Shown one piece after another: positions 1-8,032 of a stretch of DNA of 36,851 nucleotides (positions are counted from its first letter, which is position 1; each line of letters begins with the position of its first letter). A program made the translations under genes and the position numbers. The notes under the pieces are model-generated. The model ran no database searches, was not told the origin of the DNA, and worked only from the letters and a program-made list of their open reading frames with translations. Source of the stretch: Eubacteriales bacterium. GTDB lineage: Bacteria > Bacillota > Clostridia > Oscillospirales > CAG-272. The DNA lies in the NCBI GenBank assembly GCA_045539485.1, contig JAZQFL010000057.1:1-36851 (forward strand), read 5' to 3'.

Positions 1-132
1 GTTACGGGCTCGGTTACGGGCTCGGTCGCAGGTTCGGTCACGGGCTCGGTTACGGGTTCGGTCGCAGGTTCGGTTACGGGCTCGGTCACGGGTTCGGTCA
101 CAGGCTCGGTCACGTATTCGGTCGCGGGCTCT
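1..132. repeat. Tandem 12-nt repeat, 11 units, consensus GTYRCRGGYTCG, encoding (TEPV/TEPA)n on the minus strand
   Basis: Read directly: units start at 1, 13, 25, 37, 49, 61, 73, 85, 97, 109 and 121 (gttacgggctcg, gttacgggctcg, gtcgcaggttcg, gtcacgggctcg ...). The repeat is in frame with the lipoprotein CDS and is cut by the window edge. Confidence 0.85.
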
Positions 133-266
133 GTGGTAACAACAGCTGGTTCGGTGGTATTCACGGGCAATGTATCCTCCGTTTTTGGAGTTTGGCTGCT
201 GCAAGCGGCTACAGTAATAGCGGATATTACCGCAGTGACAGCAAATATAAGCTTGGATGTTTTCAT
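1..266 (-). CDS. Lipoprotein, N-terminal part only (gene continues past the left edge): signal peptide, lipobox, then a (T-E-P-V/A)n linker
   Basis: It is absent from the ORF track because there is no stop codon in the window. Reverse-complement reading from the ATG at 266-264 gives MKTSKLIFAVTAVISAITVAACSSQTPKTEDTLPVNTTEPAVVTTEPATEYVTEPVTEPVTEPVTEPATEPVTEPV... It has a VAAC lipobox, and the frame stays open to position 1. Confidence 0.6.
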   Translation of the reverse strand, partial: MKTSKLIFAVTAVISAITVAACSSQTPKTEDTLPVNTTEPAVVTTEPATEYVTEPVTEPVTEPVTEPATEPVTEPVTEPATEPVTEPV

Positions 267-281
267 ATTTCACCGATAAAC

Positions 282-320
282 GGAAAGGGACTGTAAAATC
301 GGATTTTACAGCCCCTTTCC
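282..320 (-). terminator. Strong hairpin between the BNR-like gene and the downstream lipoprotein gene (terminator or attenuator)
   Basis: ggaaagggactgtaaaatc (282-300) pairs with gattttacagcccctttcc (302-320), about 18 bp with one mismatch. On the minus-strand RNA it is followed only by GUUUAUCGG. The better U-tract (ttatatttta) lies on the plus-strand side. Confidence 0.45.
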
Positions 321-351
321 TTATATTTTATGTTTCAGGATTTGCAAGGAT

Positions 352-1620
352 CTATTTTTTAAGATCGCCCACGTAAGCGCGTACGAGCTCAATGCAGCCG
401 CCAACGGGATCGTTGGTGCTGGTGTAGATGTAGAGGTAGTCGTTATGGATAAGCATTCCGGGCCAGTTGCCGAATTTGCCTATCATAGTATTGAAGGGAT
501 CATAGCTTTCTGTCCAGTCCCAAGAATGCGCCTTGGAAATATCAACGCCTTCCTTGGTCATAACTATCTTTGTAACCTTGCACTTGTCGTCGCCGGTGTC
601 AAAGGCAGTGCCGAGAGCATCCTCGTCGGTCTGGAATGCAACTACGATACGTCCGTCGGGAAGCTCGATCCAGAAGGGGGAGCCGCCGCTTGAGGTATTC
701 TCGGGGAAGAAGCATCCGGTAACGCCCTTCCAGTGTACTCCGTCTGCTGAGTAAAGAACATAGGGAAGAAGCGTGCTTCCGCGTGAGGAGTAGAAGCGCT
801 TGGTCTCAACGGTCATAAGATAACCGCCGGTGGAAAGCTTGTCAACGATGGGCATGCCGTTACGGTCGGTCTTTCCCGTATCGTCGGAGGTGTAGTGGGA
901 CTGAACCCACTTCTTTTCGGTCTCATCCCACTCGAAAATATCTGTGGAAGGAATGATCTGCTTGTCGTACACGGTCTTGCCTATAGCAAAGAAGCAGGTA
1001 AGCTTGCCGTTAACGTAGCAAAAATCAGGCTCCCAAAGTCCCCAGGAAACGCCGTCCTTGAGGCCGTTCTGCTGCAGCTCAAAAACTGTGGAGTGGGGGT
1101 AGAAGGTCTCGCAGTTGTCGTCGCTTGCGTGGATACGAATGGAGGAGTAACCCTGGGATGCGTTTCTGTCGTTGCAGCGGTAGGCCATAAGCACCTGACC
1201 GTTTTCAAGCTGGATGATATCCACGTTTGCAAGGGTCTTTGTTTGATCCTCGCCGTAGAAAAGCACCTTGATGGGGCCCCAGTTCTTGCCGTCGTTTTCG
1301 CTGAATACGGCCTTCATACAGCGCTTGCCGCCATCGGTAGAGGGCCAAGCACAGATCATTCTGCCGTCCTGAAGAACGTACATGCGGGAATATGCACTGC
1401 CGTTTCCGCCGTAAGCGGCTACGGTGATGGGGCGCTCGAACTTCAGTCCGTAGTAACCGTCATCGGGCTCCTTGCCGTCGTTATTTTCGGTGGTGTCTGC
1501 AGTATCTGCGGGGTCTGTGGTATCTGTGGTATCCTCGGTAACGGGGGGCTGCTTATCGCAGGAAAAGAGCGCTCCGCAAACGAAGAGGGAAGCAAGCAGG
1601 ATGCAAAGGATTCTTTTCAT
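352..1620 (-). CDS. Secreted lipoprotein with BNR/Asp-box repeats (sialidase-like beta-propeller glycoside hydrolase fold)
   Basis: 422-aa ORF with a GGAG RBS at 1627-1630. Signal peptide plus lipobox: MKRILCILLASLFVCGALFSC. Asp-box-like motifs SENDGKNW, STDGGKRC and SADGVHW. A T/D/P-rich linker follows the lipobox. Confidence 0.6.
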   Translation of the reverse strand: MKRILCILLASLFVCGALFSCDKQPPVTEDTTDTTDPADTADTTENNDGKEPDDGYYGLKFERPITVAAYGGNGSAYSRMYVLQDGRMICAWPSTDGGKRCMKAVFSENDGKNWGPIKVLFYGEDQTKTLANVDIIQLENGQVLMAYRCNDRNASQGYSSIRIHASDDNCETFYPHSTVFELQQNGLKDGVSWGLWEPDFCYVNGKLTCFFAIGKTVYDKQIIPSTDIFEWDETEKKWVQSHYTSDDTGKTDRNGMPIVDKLSTGGYLMTVETKRFYSSRGSTLLPYVLYSADGVHWKGVTGCFFPENTSSGGSPFWIELPDGRIVVAFQTDEDALGTAFDTGDDKCKVTKIVMTKEGVDISKAHSWDWTESYDPFNTMIGKFGNWPGMLIHNDYLYIYTSTNDPVGGCIELVRAYVGDLKK

Positions 1621-1640
1621 AATTAACTCCTTGGGGTAGA

Positions 1641-1669
1641 AACGGGCGTGAAGTTCACGCCCGTTTTTT
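1641..1669. terminator. Intercistronic hairpin plus T-run between the SBP-like gene and the BNR-like gene
   Basis: aacgggcgtg (1641-1650) pairs with cacgcccgtt (1656-1665), followed by tttttt to 1669 on the plus strand. On the minus-strand transcript the tail is only UUUCUACC, so termination is probably partial. Confidence 0.45.
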
Positions 1670-1682
1670 GGGTTTGGATATC

Positions 1683-3179
1683 TTAATACTGGTCCTTCAT
1701 CTTTTCGATGGCGGTGTTAAGAGACTTAACTGCAGCCTGTGCGGTGCTGAGACGCTGCTGAACGGTAGAAGCGAATGCGCCGTACTGACCCTCTTTTACA
1801 TAGCTGTACATAGCGGTGATGAGGTTAGCGATTCTGTAGTAGTGTCCGATATCAACGAACTTGTTGTTGAAGATGATATCAAGGCAGAACTTACTCTCCT
1901 CGTCACGGATCTTCTCGCCTTCAAGAGTCTTTACGTAGTAAGCGGGAACGGTGGTGGTAGAAGAGTAGTATCCCATAAGGTCCATGATAGCGCCGGTGCG
2001 CTCAGCATCCTCCTGAACGTAGGGCATTGCAACGAAGTTTGCAAGACCTGCGGAGAAGGTGCAGTACCAGTTTTCCTGAGCTGTGTCGTACTTGGGGTTG
2101 GGAAGGATACCGTAGTTGGAATCCATATCGCGGAAACGGGAGATCTCGTTGAAGAGAGACATGAAGAACATTGCCTGACCGTTGGAGAACACTGTGGGCC
2201 AGCCCACACCGCCGGTCATGGTCTGGAAGTTGATGCACCAGTCGCTTTGCTCGATCTCGCTGAACTTGTCAACGATAGCGTAAACGCGCTCGTTCTGAAG
2301 GGTGAACTCAACGTATCCGTCCTCGTTTACCTTAGCAACGCGCTCGCCTGCTGCCTGAATGGTAGCGTAAAGCTCGTCGCACCAGGTCATAAGGCCGTAT
2401 CTGTCGTTGGAGTCGAGAACGTCGTCTGCGTTAAGGTCCTCGCTTACCTGAGAAGCAAGGCGGGAGAGCTCGTCAAGAGTCCACTTGCCCTCTTCTACAA
2501 GCTTATAAACGTCGGTGCCGTCGGTAATGTGGGTCTTGTACATGTCTTTGTTGAAGATAACGCAGTACATGTAGTCGTTAACGTGGAGGCTGATATCGCC
2601 GGAGGTGAAGTAGATGGAATTCGCAATTCTTACACCGTCGTTGATGGTCTTGTCCCACCAAGGATTGGTGAGATCGAGGCTATCAACAGACTCCATGTTG
2701 TAAAGATAGCCTGCGGTAACGTAAGGAACGAGAGAGTAGGTGTGGCAAACGGTATAATCGTAAAGTGCCTCATTGCTTATGTACATCTGCTGAATTATCG
2801 CTGCGTTTGTTGCATAGTTGGTGCTGTCGATGTACTGGGTAGCCTCGATGATAACGCCGTTCTTTTCTTCAAGTCTTGCATTTCTGTCGTAAACCGCCTT
2901 ATCAAGCACGGTTCCGTTATCCTCGAACACAAGATCGTGAGGGGGACGGGTGGAACGGCTGACGAGCAGCACCTTGAAGGTGTAATCGCCAAACTTCTTG
3001 TCGATAGCGGAAGGGAGCACCTCGGGAGCGGGTGCATCGGTAACAGGCGCTTCGGTGGTTACGTTCGGGTCATCGGTAACGGCGGGAGTTTTTTCACCGC
3101 AGGAGCCGAAGAGAACAGCTGTACCCAAAAGCATAACGAGAGACAGCGCAAAAGACAAAAATCTGATGCTTCTTTTCAT
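1683..3179 (-). CDS. Solute-binding-protein-like lipoprotein (family-1 SBP fold), paralogue 1
   Basis: 498-aa ORF with a GGAGG RBS at 3185-3189. Lipobox LFGSC, then a T/P/D linker. Motifs shared with the 10027 and 28842 genes: EGKWTLD, YGILPNPK, WWDKTIN, YFTSGDISL. It also has the FNKD...G...EGKWT segment typical of SBP_bac_1-type proteins. Confidence 0.7.
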   Translation of the reverse strand: MKRSIRFLSFALSLVMLLGTAVLFGSCGEKTPAVTDDPNVTTEAPVTDAPAPEVLPSAIDKKFGDYTFKVLLVSRSTRPPHDLVFEDNGTVLDKAVYDRNARLEEKNGVIIEATQYIDSTNYATNAAIIQQMYISNEALYDYTVCHTYSLVPYVTAGYLYNMESVDSLDLTNPWWDKTINDGVRIANSIYFTSGDISLHVNDYMYCVIFNKDMYKTHITDGTDVYKLVEEGKWTLDELSRLASQVSEDLNADDVLDSNDRYGLMTWCDELYATIQAAGERVAKVNEDGYVEFTLQNERVYAIVDKFSEIEQSDWCINFQTMTGGVGWPTVFSNGQAMFFMSLFNEISRFRDMDSNYGILPNPKYDTAQENWYCTFSAGLANFVAMPYVQEDAERTGAIMDLMGYYSSTTTVPAYYVKTLEGEKIRDEESKFCLDIIFNNKFVDIGHYYRIANLITAMYSYVKEGQYGAFASTVQQRLSTAQAAVKSLNTAIEKMKDQY

Positions 3180-3221
3180 GATTTCCTCCGTAAATTTCTG
3201 ATAATTGTGGCTTGTAATTTC

Positions 3222-3250
3222 ATTTTACAAACTAATTAACTGCGTGTCAA
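3222..3250 (-). promoter_or_regulatory. Sigma-A-type promoter for the SBP-like/BNR operon
   Basis: The minus strand reads TTGACA (3250-3245), a 17-nt spacer, then TAAAAT (3227-3222), about 40 nt upstream of the ATG at 3179. Confidence 0.55.
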
Positions 3251-3368
3251 GTAAAAAAATATAGTGAATAGTACGAAAAATGTTGTTCAAATTTTTGGCG
3301 CGGAGTACATTATATTAAGTTAAAAGTGTTAAGAGAATGTAAATATGAGAATTTTTGAGTGAAAAACA

Positions 3369-3397
3369 TTGATTTGCTTGTCTGTTTGTTGTATACT
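3369..3397 (+). promoter_or_regulatory. Candidate sigma-A promoter for the AraC/CapA operon
   Basis: TTGATT (3369-3374), a 17-nt spacer, then TATACT (3392-3397). The GGAGGA RBS is at 3432-3437 and the ATG at 3446. Confidence 0.45.
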
Positions 3398-3445
3398 TGG
3401 TGTGTAAAGTGTTGAATTATCCTATGTATTTGGAGGACTGTTAAG

Positions 3446-4336
3446 ATGAAAGACCGCATAATGTCCGATAACGCAAGGATCTATTATTTCAATCCAACGC
3501 CGAAGAACTCGAATAACGGGCTGTATTTTATCCGTATGGGCGAAAATATGCCCGATAAAAACTATTTTGTGGAGCGCTACGGCGAGACCCGCCGTAAGAG
3601 CCTCGGCGGTCTCTACGTGCTTGAATACGTTATTTCCGGTCAGGGCTATATTGAGTGCGACGGTAAGGTATATCACGTCAAGGGCGGGGACGTTTACTTC
3701 CTCAACCGCGGCTTTGCGCACAGATATTATTCGGATAAGGACGATCCGATGCACAAAGTATGGCTGAACTGTGCGGGGCCGTATATTGCGGGGCTTTTCA
3801 CTTCCCTTGGCATAACCGAGGGTGTTTACTGCTCGCATTTCGATGCGGAATCACTTTTTAAGCGTCTCCGCGACTTGCTTGTTTCGGTTGACTACAAGAA
3901 TATCGATAAGGTCTACGACCGCGCCGCCCTTATCGTTACGGAGATGATACTCAGTTCCGCAACGGCAAACCGTATAAAGCATTACGAAAACGAGGACGTT
4001 GTGTACGAGGTGAAGCGTTATATAGATTCCGAGGCGGGTCTGCGCTCATCGCTTGACGAGATCTGCGCAAAGTTCTATCAGAACAAATCATATCTTATCT
4101 TCCGATTCCGCAAGGAATTCGGCATTACTCCGCACAAATATGTGCTCGAACGGAAAATGGAGGCGGCAAAGGAAATGCTTGCCTCGGGATATATGCAGAT
4201 AAAAGAGATCTCCAACATGCTCGGATTTGCAAGTCCGCAGTATTTTTCCTCGGCATTTAAAAGCCATTACGGCAAAACTCCGCTCGAATACCGCGCGGAG
4301 CTGCATATTCAGAATAAGGACGGTTTTCTTGTATGA
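3446..4336 (+). CDS. AraC-family transcriptional regulator (N-terminal cupin-like sensor plus C-terminal double HTH)
   Basis: 296 aa. The C-terminus FGITPHKYVLERKMEAAKEMLASGYMQIKEISNMLGFASPQYFSSAFKSHYGKTPLEYR is a classic AraC HTH. Confidence 0.85.
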   Translation: MKDRIMSDNARIYYFNPTPKNSNNGLYFIRMGENMPDKNYFVERYGETRRKSLGGLYVLEYVISGQGYIECDGKVYHVKGGDVYFLNRGFAHRYYSDKDDPMHKVWLNCAGPYIAGLFTSLGITEGVYCSHFDAESLFKRLRDLLVSVDYKNIDKVYDRAALIVTEMILSSATANRIKHYENEDVVYEVKRYIDSEAGLRSSLDEICAKFYQNKSYLIFRFRKEFGITPHKYVLERKMEAAKEMLASGYMQIKEISNMLGFASPQYFSSAFKSHYGKTPLEYRAELHIQNKDGFLV

Positions 4337-5709
4337 ATAACAATCATGACGGATACAGAAGACGTAAGATAAAACGTAAGGCACACGACGGGGTGTTAAG
4401 AGGCGCATTTATGGGCCTGCTCGCCTTTACCGTGCTTGCGGTGGTGGTCTTCGGTGTTATGCTCATCTCCCGTACGGCGGGAAGCGGCACTCCCGCAGTT
4501 ACAACGGATGCCGTAACTACCGATGCACCGCAGACAGCACCCATTACAGATGCTCCCGATACCTTCGTAACGGACACTCCCGCAACAGACCCCGTTACGG
4601 ATACTCCCGCAACGGAGCCGCCGAAGACCGAGCCGCCCGTTACCGATCCCCCCGCACCGCCCGAGCCGCAGGATAAGCGTGTGTCCTTCCTTGCGTGCGG
4701 AGATAATATAGTGCACGATGCGGTACGCGAGGATGCCCAGAAGCGCGCAAATGCGGAAAATCCCGGCTTTAACTTCTACGATATGTTTGCGGGAGTTAAG
4801 GACGAGATAGCAGAAGCGGATATTTCATTTATTAATATGGAGGGCTGTGTAGGCGGTGCCTCGCTCGGATATCTCGGTTATCCCAACTTCAACGCGCCGA
4901 ATCAGATAGGCGAAGCCTTTGTAAAGCTGGGCTTTGACGTTGTAAACCTGCTTAACAACCACACTCTCGACTATGACGAAAAGGGATATAAGAACACTAT
5001 AGACTTTTTCAACACTCTTCCCGTGCTTACCATCGGCGGATATACGAAAAGCGATTTTGACAATTTGAGGGTAATAGATAAAAACGGTGTAAAGATAGCT
5101 TTCCTTTCTTATACCACGATGGTGAATTTTAAGTATTTCGGCGAGCAGCTTCCCGGCTCGCAATATTATATTGCGTATGCGGAGGATGCCGACATCAAGC
5201 GCCAGATAACTGCGGCAAGGGCGGCGGCTGACTTCGTTGTCGTTTCCATGCACTGGGGCGCGGAGGATTCCTTCTATCCCGACGGGGAGCAGAAGCGCCT
5301 CGCACAGCTTTGTGCGGATATGGGCGCTGACGTTGTCGTAGGCCACCACAGCCACACCGTACAGCCCGCAAAGTGGCTGACGGGCAAGGACGGAAACAAG
5401 ACCTTCGTTGCTTATTCGCTCGGTAATTTCATTTCCACCATGCACTATTCGCAGAATATGGCGGGCGCGATGCTTTCGCTTGATTTCGTCATAGAAAAGG
5501 ACGGCACCAAGTACGTTGATACGCCTACCCTTATCCCTACCGTATGCCATTACAGTTTAAAGCGTGATGCGCTTCAGATATACCGTATGTCCGATTACAG
5601 CGAGGATCTGGCAAAAACTCACGGCAGTACCTTGCAGAACAGCTTCTCTTATGCTATACTGAAAAAGTACATCACCGATAATGTGGATGCGCAGTTTATC
5701 GAGTGGTAA
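4333..5709 (+). CDS. CapA-family (PGA_cap, metallophosphatase-like) membrane-anchored exoprotein
   Basis: 458-aa ORF. The ATG at 4333 overlaps the AraC stop (ATGA). A basic N-terminus and TM helix are followed by a T/D/P-rich linker (4489-4671). CapA-like motifs: VSFLACGDNIVH, NNHTLDYDEKG, VVSMHWGAED, GADVVVGHHSHTVQ. An alternative start is the ATG at 4411, preceded by AAGAGG. Confidence 0.75.
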   Translation: MNNNHDGYRRRKIKRKAHDGVLRGAFMGLLAFTVLAVVVFGVMLISRTAGSGTPAVTTDAVTTDAPQTAPITDAPDTFVTDTPATDPVTDTPATEPPKTEPPVTDPPAPPEPQDKRVSFLACGDNIVHDAVREDAQKRANAENPGFNFYDMFAGVKDEIAEADISFINMEGCVGGASLGYLGYPNFNAPNQIGEAFVKLGFDVVNLLNNHTLDYDEKGYKNTIDFFNTLPVLTIGGYTKSDFDNLRVIDKNGVKIAFLSYTTMVNFKYFGEQLPGSQYYIAYAEDADIKRQITAARAAADFVVVSMHWGAEDSFYPDGEQKRLAQLCADMGADVVVGHHSHTVQPAKWLTGKDGNKTFVAYSLGNFISTMHYSQNMAGAMLSLDFVIEKDGTKYVDTPTLIPTVCHYSLKRDALQIYRMSDYSEDLAKTHGSTLQNSFSYAILKKYITDNVDAQFIEW

Positions 5710-5770
5710 CAGATTATAAGCGCAAAACGCGCATATAATATAAAAACAAAAAAATAAAAGGAGAAAAATA

Positions 5771-6925
5771 ATGGATTTTCTTAACAGGATCTGGGCAATG
5801 GATCTCGTACGCTTTGTCGTTTTCCTTCTGCTCGCGTTTGTTGCCGCTTGGGTGGCACAGTTTGCGGTTGTAAAGCTGCTTAAGCTTATCAAGCTTGACA
5901 AAAAGCTCGATAAGTGGGGTGTAAACGAGGGTCAGGTCGGCACCTCGATGTCGTTTGTAGGAAAGCTTGTATACGCTATCGTATTCCTGCTTTTCCTTCC
6001 CGCTGCTCTTAATGCTCTCGGCATTACCGGCGTTTCCGGCCCCATCAACAATTTTGTTTCCGCATTTATCGACTATCTTCCCAAGATAGTTGCCTCCGGC
6101 ATTCTGCTTTACGTAGGCTGCTTTGTTGCTGTTCTCGTGGGCAATATCGTTTCCGTTCTTCTCAAGAAGACCAAGCTCGATTCTCTCATCAAGAGAAAGG
6201 ATGAGGACAAGAACACCGTTCTCATTTCCGACGTTCTTGTAAAGATCCTCGGCGCTGTTATCATCCTTGTTACCGTTATCCAGTGCCTGCTCATTCTTGA
6301 TATCGACGCTATCTCCCAGCCCGCTATGCAGATAGTTTACACCGTATTCGGTGCTATCCCCTCCATCGTTCTTGCGGCTGTTGTTATCGCTGTCGGCCTT
6401 CTTGTTGCAAGCATCGCTTCCGCACTTCTTGCAAACGTGCTTGTTGGTGTTAACTTTGATAACCTTGTAAAGAAGATACTCCCCGCTCTCAAGGTTTCCG
6501 CTACCAAGATAGTTGTTAACACCGTAAAGGCTCTTATCGTGCTTTTCGTTGCCGCTCAGGGCATCGAGGCTCTCGGCCTCAGCGTGCTTACCGCAGTTGT
6601 TGCCGCTGTTGTTGCTTATCTCCCCGCTGTTATCAAGTCTGCGGCTATCGTGCTTGTTGCTTACATAGGCGCATCCCTGCTTGAGGGCGCACTCGCAAAG
6701 ACAAGCGGCAAGCTTGCTCTTTGCGCTAAGTATGCAAAGACCGCAGTTTACGTGCTTGCGGGCTTCATGATCCTCAGCCAGCTCGGCATAGCTACCGAGA
6801 TAGTTGAAAAGGCATTCATCATCGGCTTTGCGGCTATCGCGCTTGCATTTGCTCTTGCCTTTGGCCTTGGCGGAAGAGATTTCGCAGCTAAGACCCTTGA
6901 AAAGAAGGACGAAGAGAACAAGTAA
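5771..6925 (+). CDS. Polytopic membrane protein built from conserved-TM-helix repeats (MscS N-terminal-like), with no MscS beta-domain
   Basis: 384 aa with an AAGGAG RBS. Repeated units of the type LPKIVASGILLYVGCFVAVLVGNIVSVLLKKTKLDSLIKR and IPSIVLAAVVIAVGLLVASIASALLANVLVGVNFDNLVKK. The family assignment is from memory of Pfam TM_helix and has not been checked. Confidence 0.55.
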   Translation: MDFLNRIWAMDLVRFVVFLLLAFVAAWVAQFAVVKLLKLIKLDKKLDKWGVNEGQVGTSMSFVGKLVYAIVFLLFLPAALNALGITGVSGPINNFVSAFIDYLPKIVASGILLYVGCFVAVLVGNIVSVLLKKTKLDSLIKRKDEDKNTVLISDVLVKILGAVIILVTVIQCLLILDIDAISQPAMQIVYTVFGAIPSIVLAAVVIAVGLLVASIASALLANVLVGVNFDNLVKKILPALKVSATKIVVNTVKALIVLFVAAQGIEALGLSVLTAVVAAVVAYLPAVIKSAAIVLVAYIGASLLEGALAKTSGKLALCAKYAKTAVYVLAGFMILSQLGIATEIVEKAFIIGFAAIALAFALAFGLGGRDFAAKTLEKKDEENK

Positions 6926-6941
6926 GCTTTGACGATTCAAT

Positions 6942-6977
6942 AAAAAACTCAGCCGTGTTATAGCGGCTGAGTTTTTT
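6942..6977. terminator. Bidirectional Rho-independent terminator between convergent genes
   Basis: ctcagccg (6948-6955) pairs with cggctgag (6964-6971). It is flanked by aaaaaa (6942-6947) and tttttt (6972-6977). Confidence 0.8.
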
Positions 6978-6989
6978 GCTGTTTGAGGA

Positions 6990-7847
6990 TCATTCGAAAT
7001 ACTCCGAAGGTACAACGCCGTAGTAATCCTTGAACACACGGGAAAAATAACTGACGCTGGAAAACCCGAGGTAGTTTGCGGTTTCGTTTACGTTCATATA
7101 CGTATAGCGCAGGCAGTATGCGGCATGCTTCATACGGGTGGCGATGATGTAATCGTTTATCGTGGTGTGCAGATGCTTTTTAAATATTCGCATGCAGTAC
7201 TGCTTTGACATATTCAGCTCCGCGCACAGCTCGTCAAGGCTTATTTTGCGCATATAGTTTGCGTTAATGTACGAAATTATTCTGTTGACTGCGGGCGGGT
7301 GGCTCTCGTCGCTTTCAAAGCGCGTGCAATATGCGCGCGAGGTATGGAAAAGCACCTCGCAGAAATAGAGGGAGATAAGCAGGTCGGCGGCGCTTCCGTG
7401 GCGGAATTTTGCGTTAACGCATTTTGTAAGCAGCATCTCGATCTCGGAGGCTTCCTCGCCCGCTTCCATCTTCGTATCGAATACCAGATTGCCCGCATCG
7501 GGCTCCATTACGCCGTAGATCGGCGTTTTTTCATTTCTTGAGATAAATGGAATATCGGGAAGCGAGCTTTCGCCGCGGAATTCAAGCTCTCCGTCGAAAT
7601 GGAAAAAGGTATATTCCGTTCCCGTATCGGTATGCGGGCGGTAGGGCGTGTTCTTCGGAACTATGGCGATGTTTCCTTTTTTGTATTCGAATGTCTTGCC
7701 GTCGATATCAAAAACACATTCGCCGCCGTGGAAATATACGAACAGATTGTATTGCATCTGCCGCCCCGAGTGGCTCCAGCCCTTTTTTTCCTTTGTTTTC
7801 CCCGACATGCTTACGCGCGGCAGGGTGCCTATATTATATGTAAACAT
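6990..7847 (-). CDS. AraC-family transcriptional regulator
   Basis: The ORF track starts at 7889. I place the start at the ATG at 7847 (MFTYNIG...) because AAGAGG (7860-7855) sits 7 nt upstream. C-terminal HTH: LNMSKQYCMRIFKKHL...ETANYLGFSSVSYFSRVFKDYYGVVPSEY. Confidence 0.85.
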   Translation of the reverse strand: MFTYNIGTLPRVSMSGKTKEKKGWSHSGRQMQYNLFVYFHGGECVFDIDGKTFEYKKGNIAIVPKNTPYRPHTDTGTEYTFFHFDGELEFRGESSLPDIPFISRNEKTPIYGVMEPDAGNLVFDTKMEAGEEASEIEMLLTKCVNAKFRHGSAADLLISLYFCEVLFHTSRAYCTRFESDESHPPAVNRIISYINANYMRKISLDELCAELNMSKQYCMRIFKKHLHTTINDYIIATRMKHAAYCLRYTYMNVNETANYLGFSSVSYFSRVFKDYYGVVPSEYFE

Positions 7848-7957
7848 AATTGTACCTCTTTGCCGGATGCTTCCATATTCATTATACACCGACTTACAAC
7901 CGAATTCAATACTTTACGCAAGTTTCATATTTTGAAATAAAGTGCGGTATGAGTGTA

Positions 7958-7986
7958 TTGTAATTTTTAAGCCGTGTTGATATAAT
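7958..7986 (+). promoter_or_regulatory. Sigma-A promoter with an extended -10 for the GH-like/SBP operon
   Basis: TTGTAA (7958-7963), a 17-nt spacer ending in TGa, then TATAAT (7981-7986). Confidence 0.55.
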
Positions 7987-8032
7987 AAAAATATAAAAGG
8001 GTAATGCCCGAAAATAAAGACGGAGAACAGTT

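Noticed and set aside
1-132. Regular short repeats at the window start could be mistaken for a CRISPR array
   Set aside because: The period is 12 nt with no spacers. The array is in frame with a lipoprotein CDS and encodes a TEPV linker.
1668-3239. 523-aa ORF on the plus strand covering the whole SBP-like gene
   Set aside because: This is a shadow ORF. It has a V/L/G/A/H/C-rich, low-complexity composition, no RBS and no recognisable motifs. The minus-strand frame has a lipobox, an RBS and paralogues. Genes that avoid the codons TTA, CTA and TCA leave the antisense frame free of stop codons.
4333-4410. Uncertain whether the CapA-family gene starts at 4333 (ATGA overlap with AraC) or at 4411 (better RBS)
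   Set aside because: This is unresolved rather than rejected. I kept 4333 because the basic N-terminus fits a positive-inside signal anchor, but the sequence alone cannot settle it.
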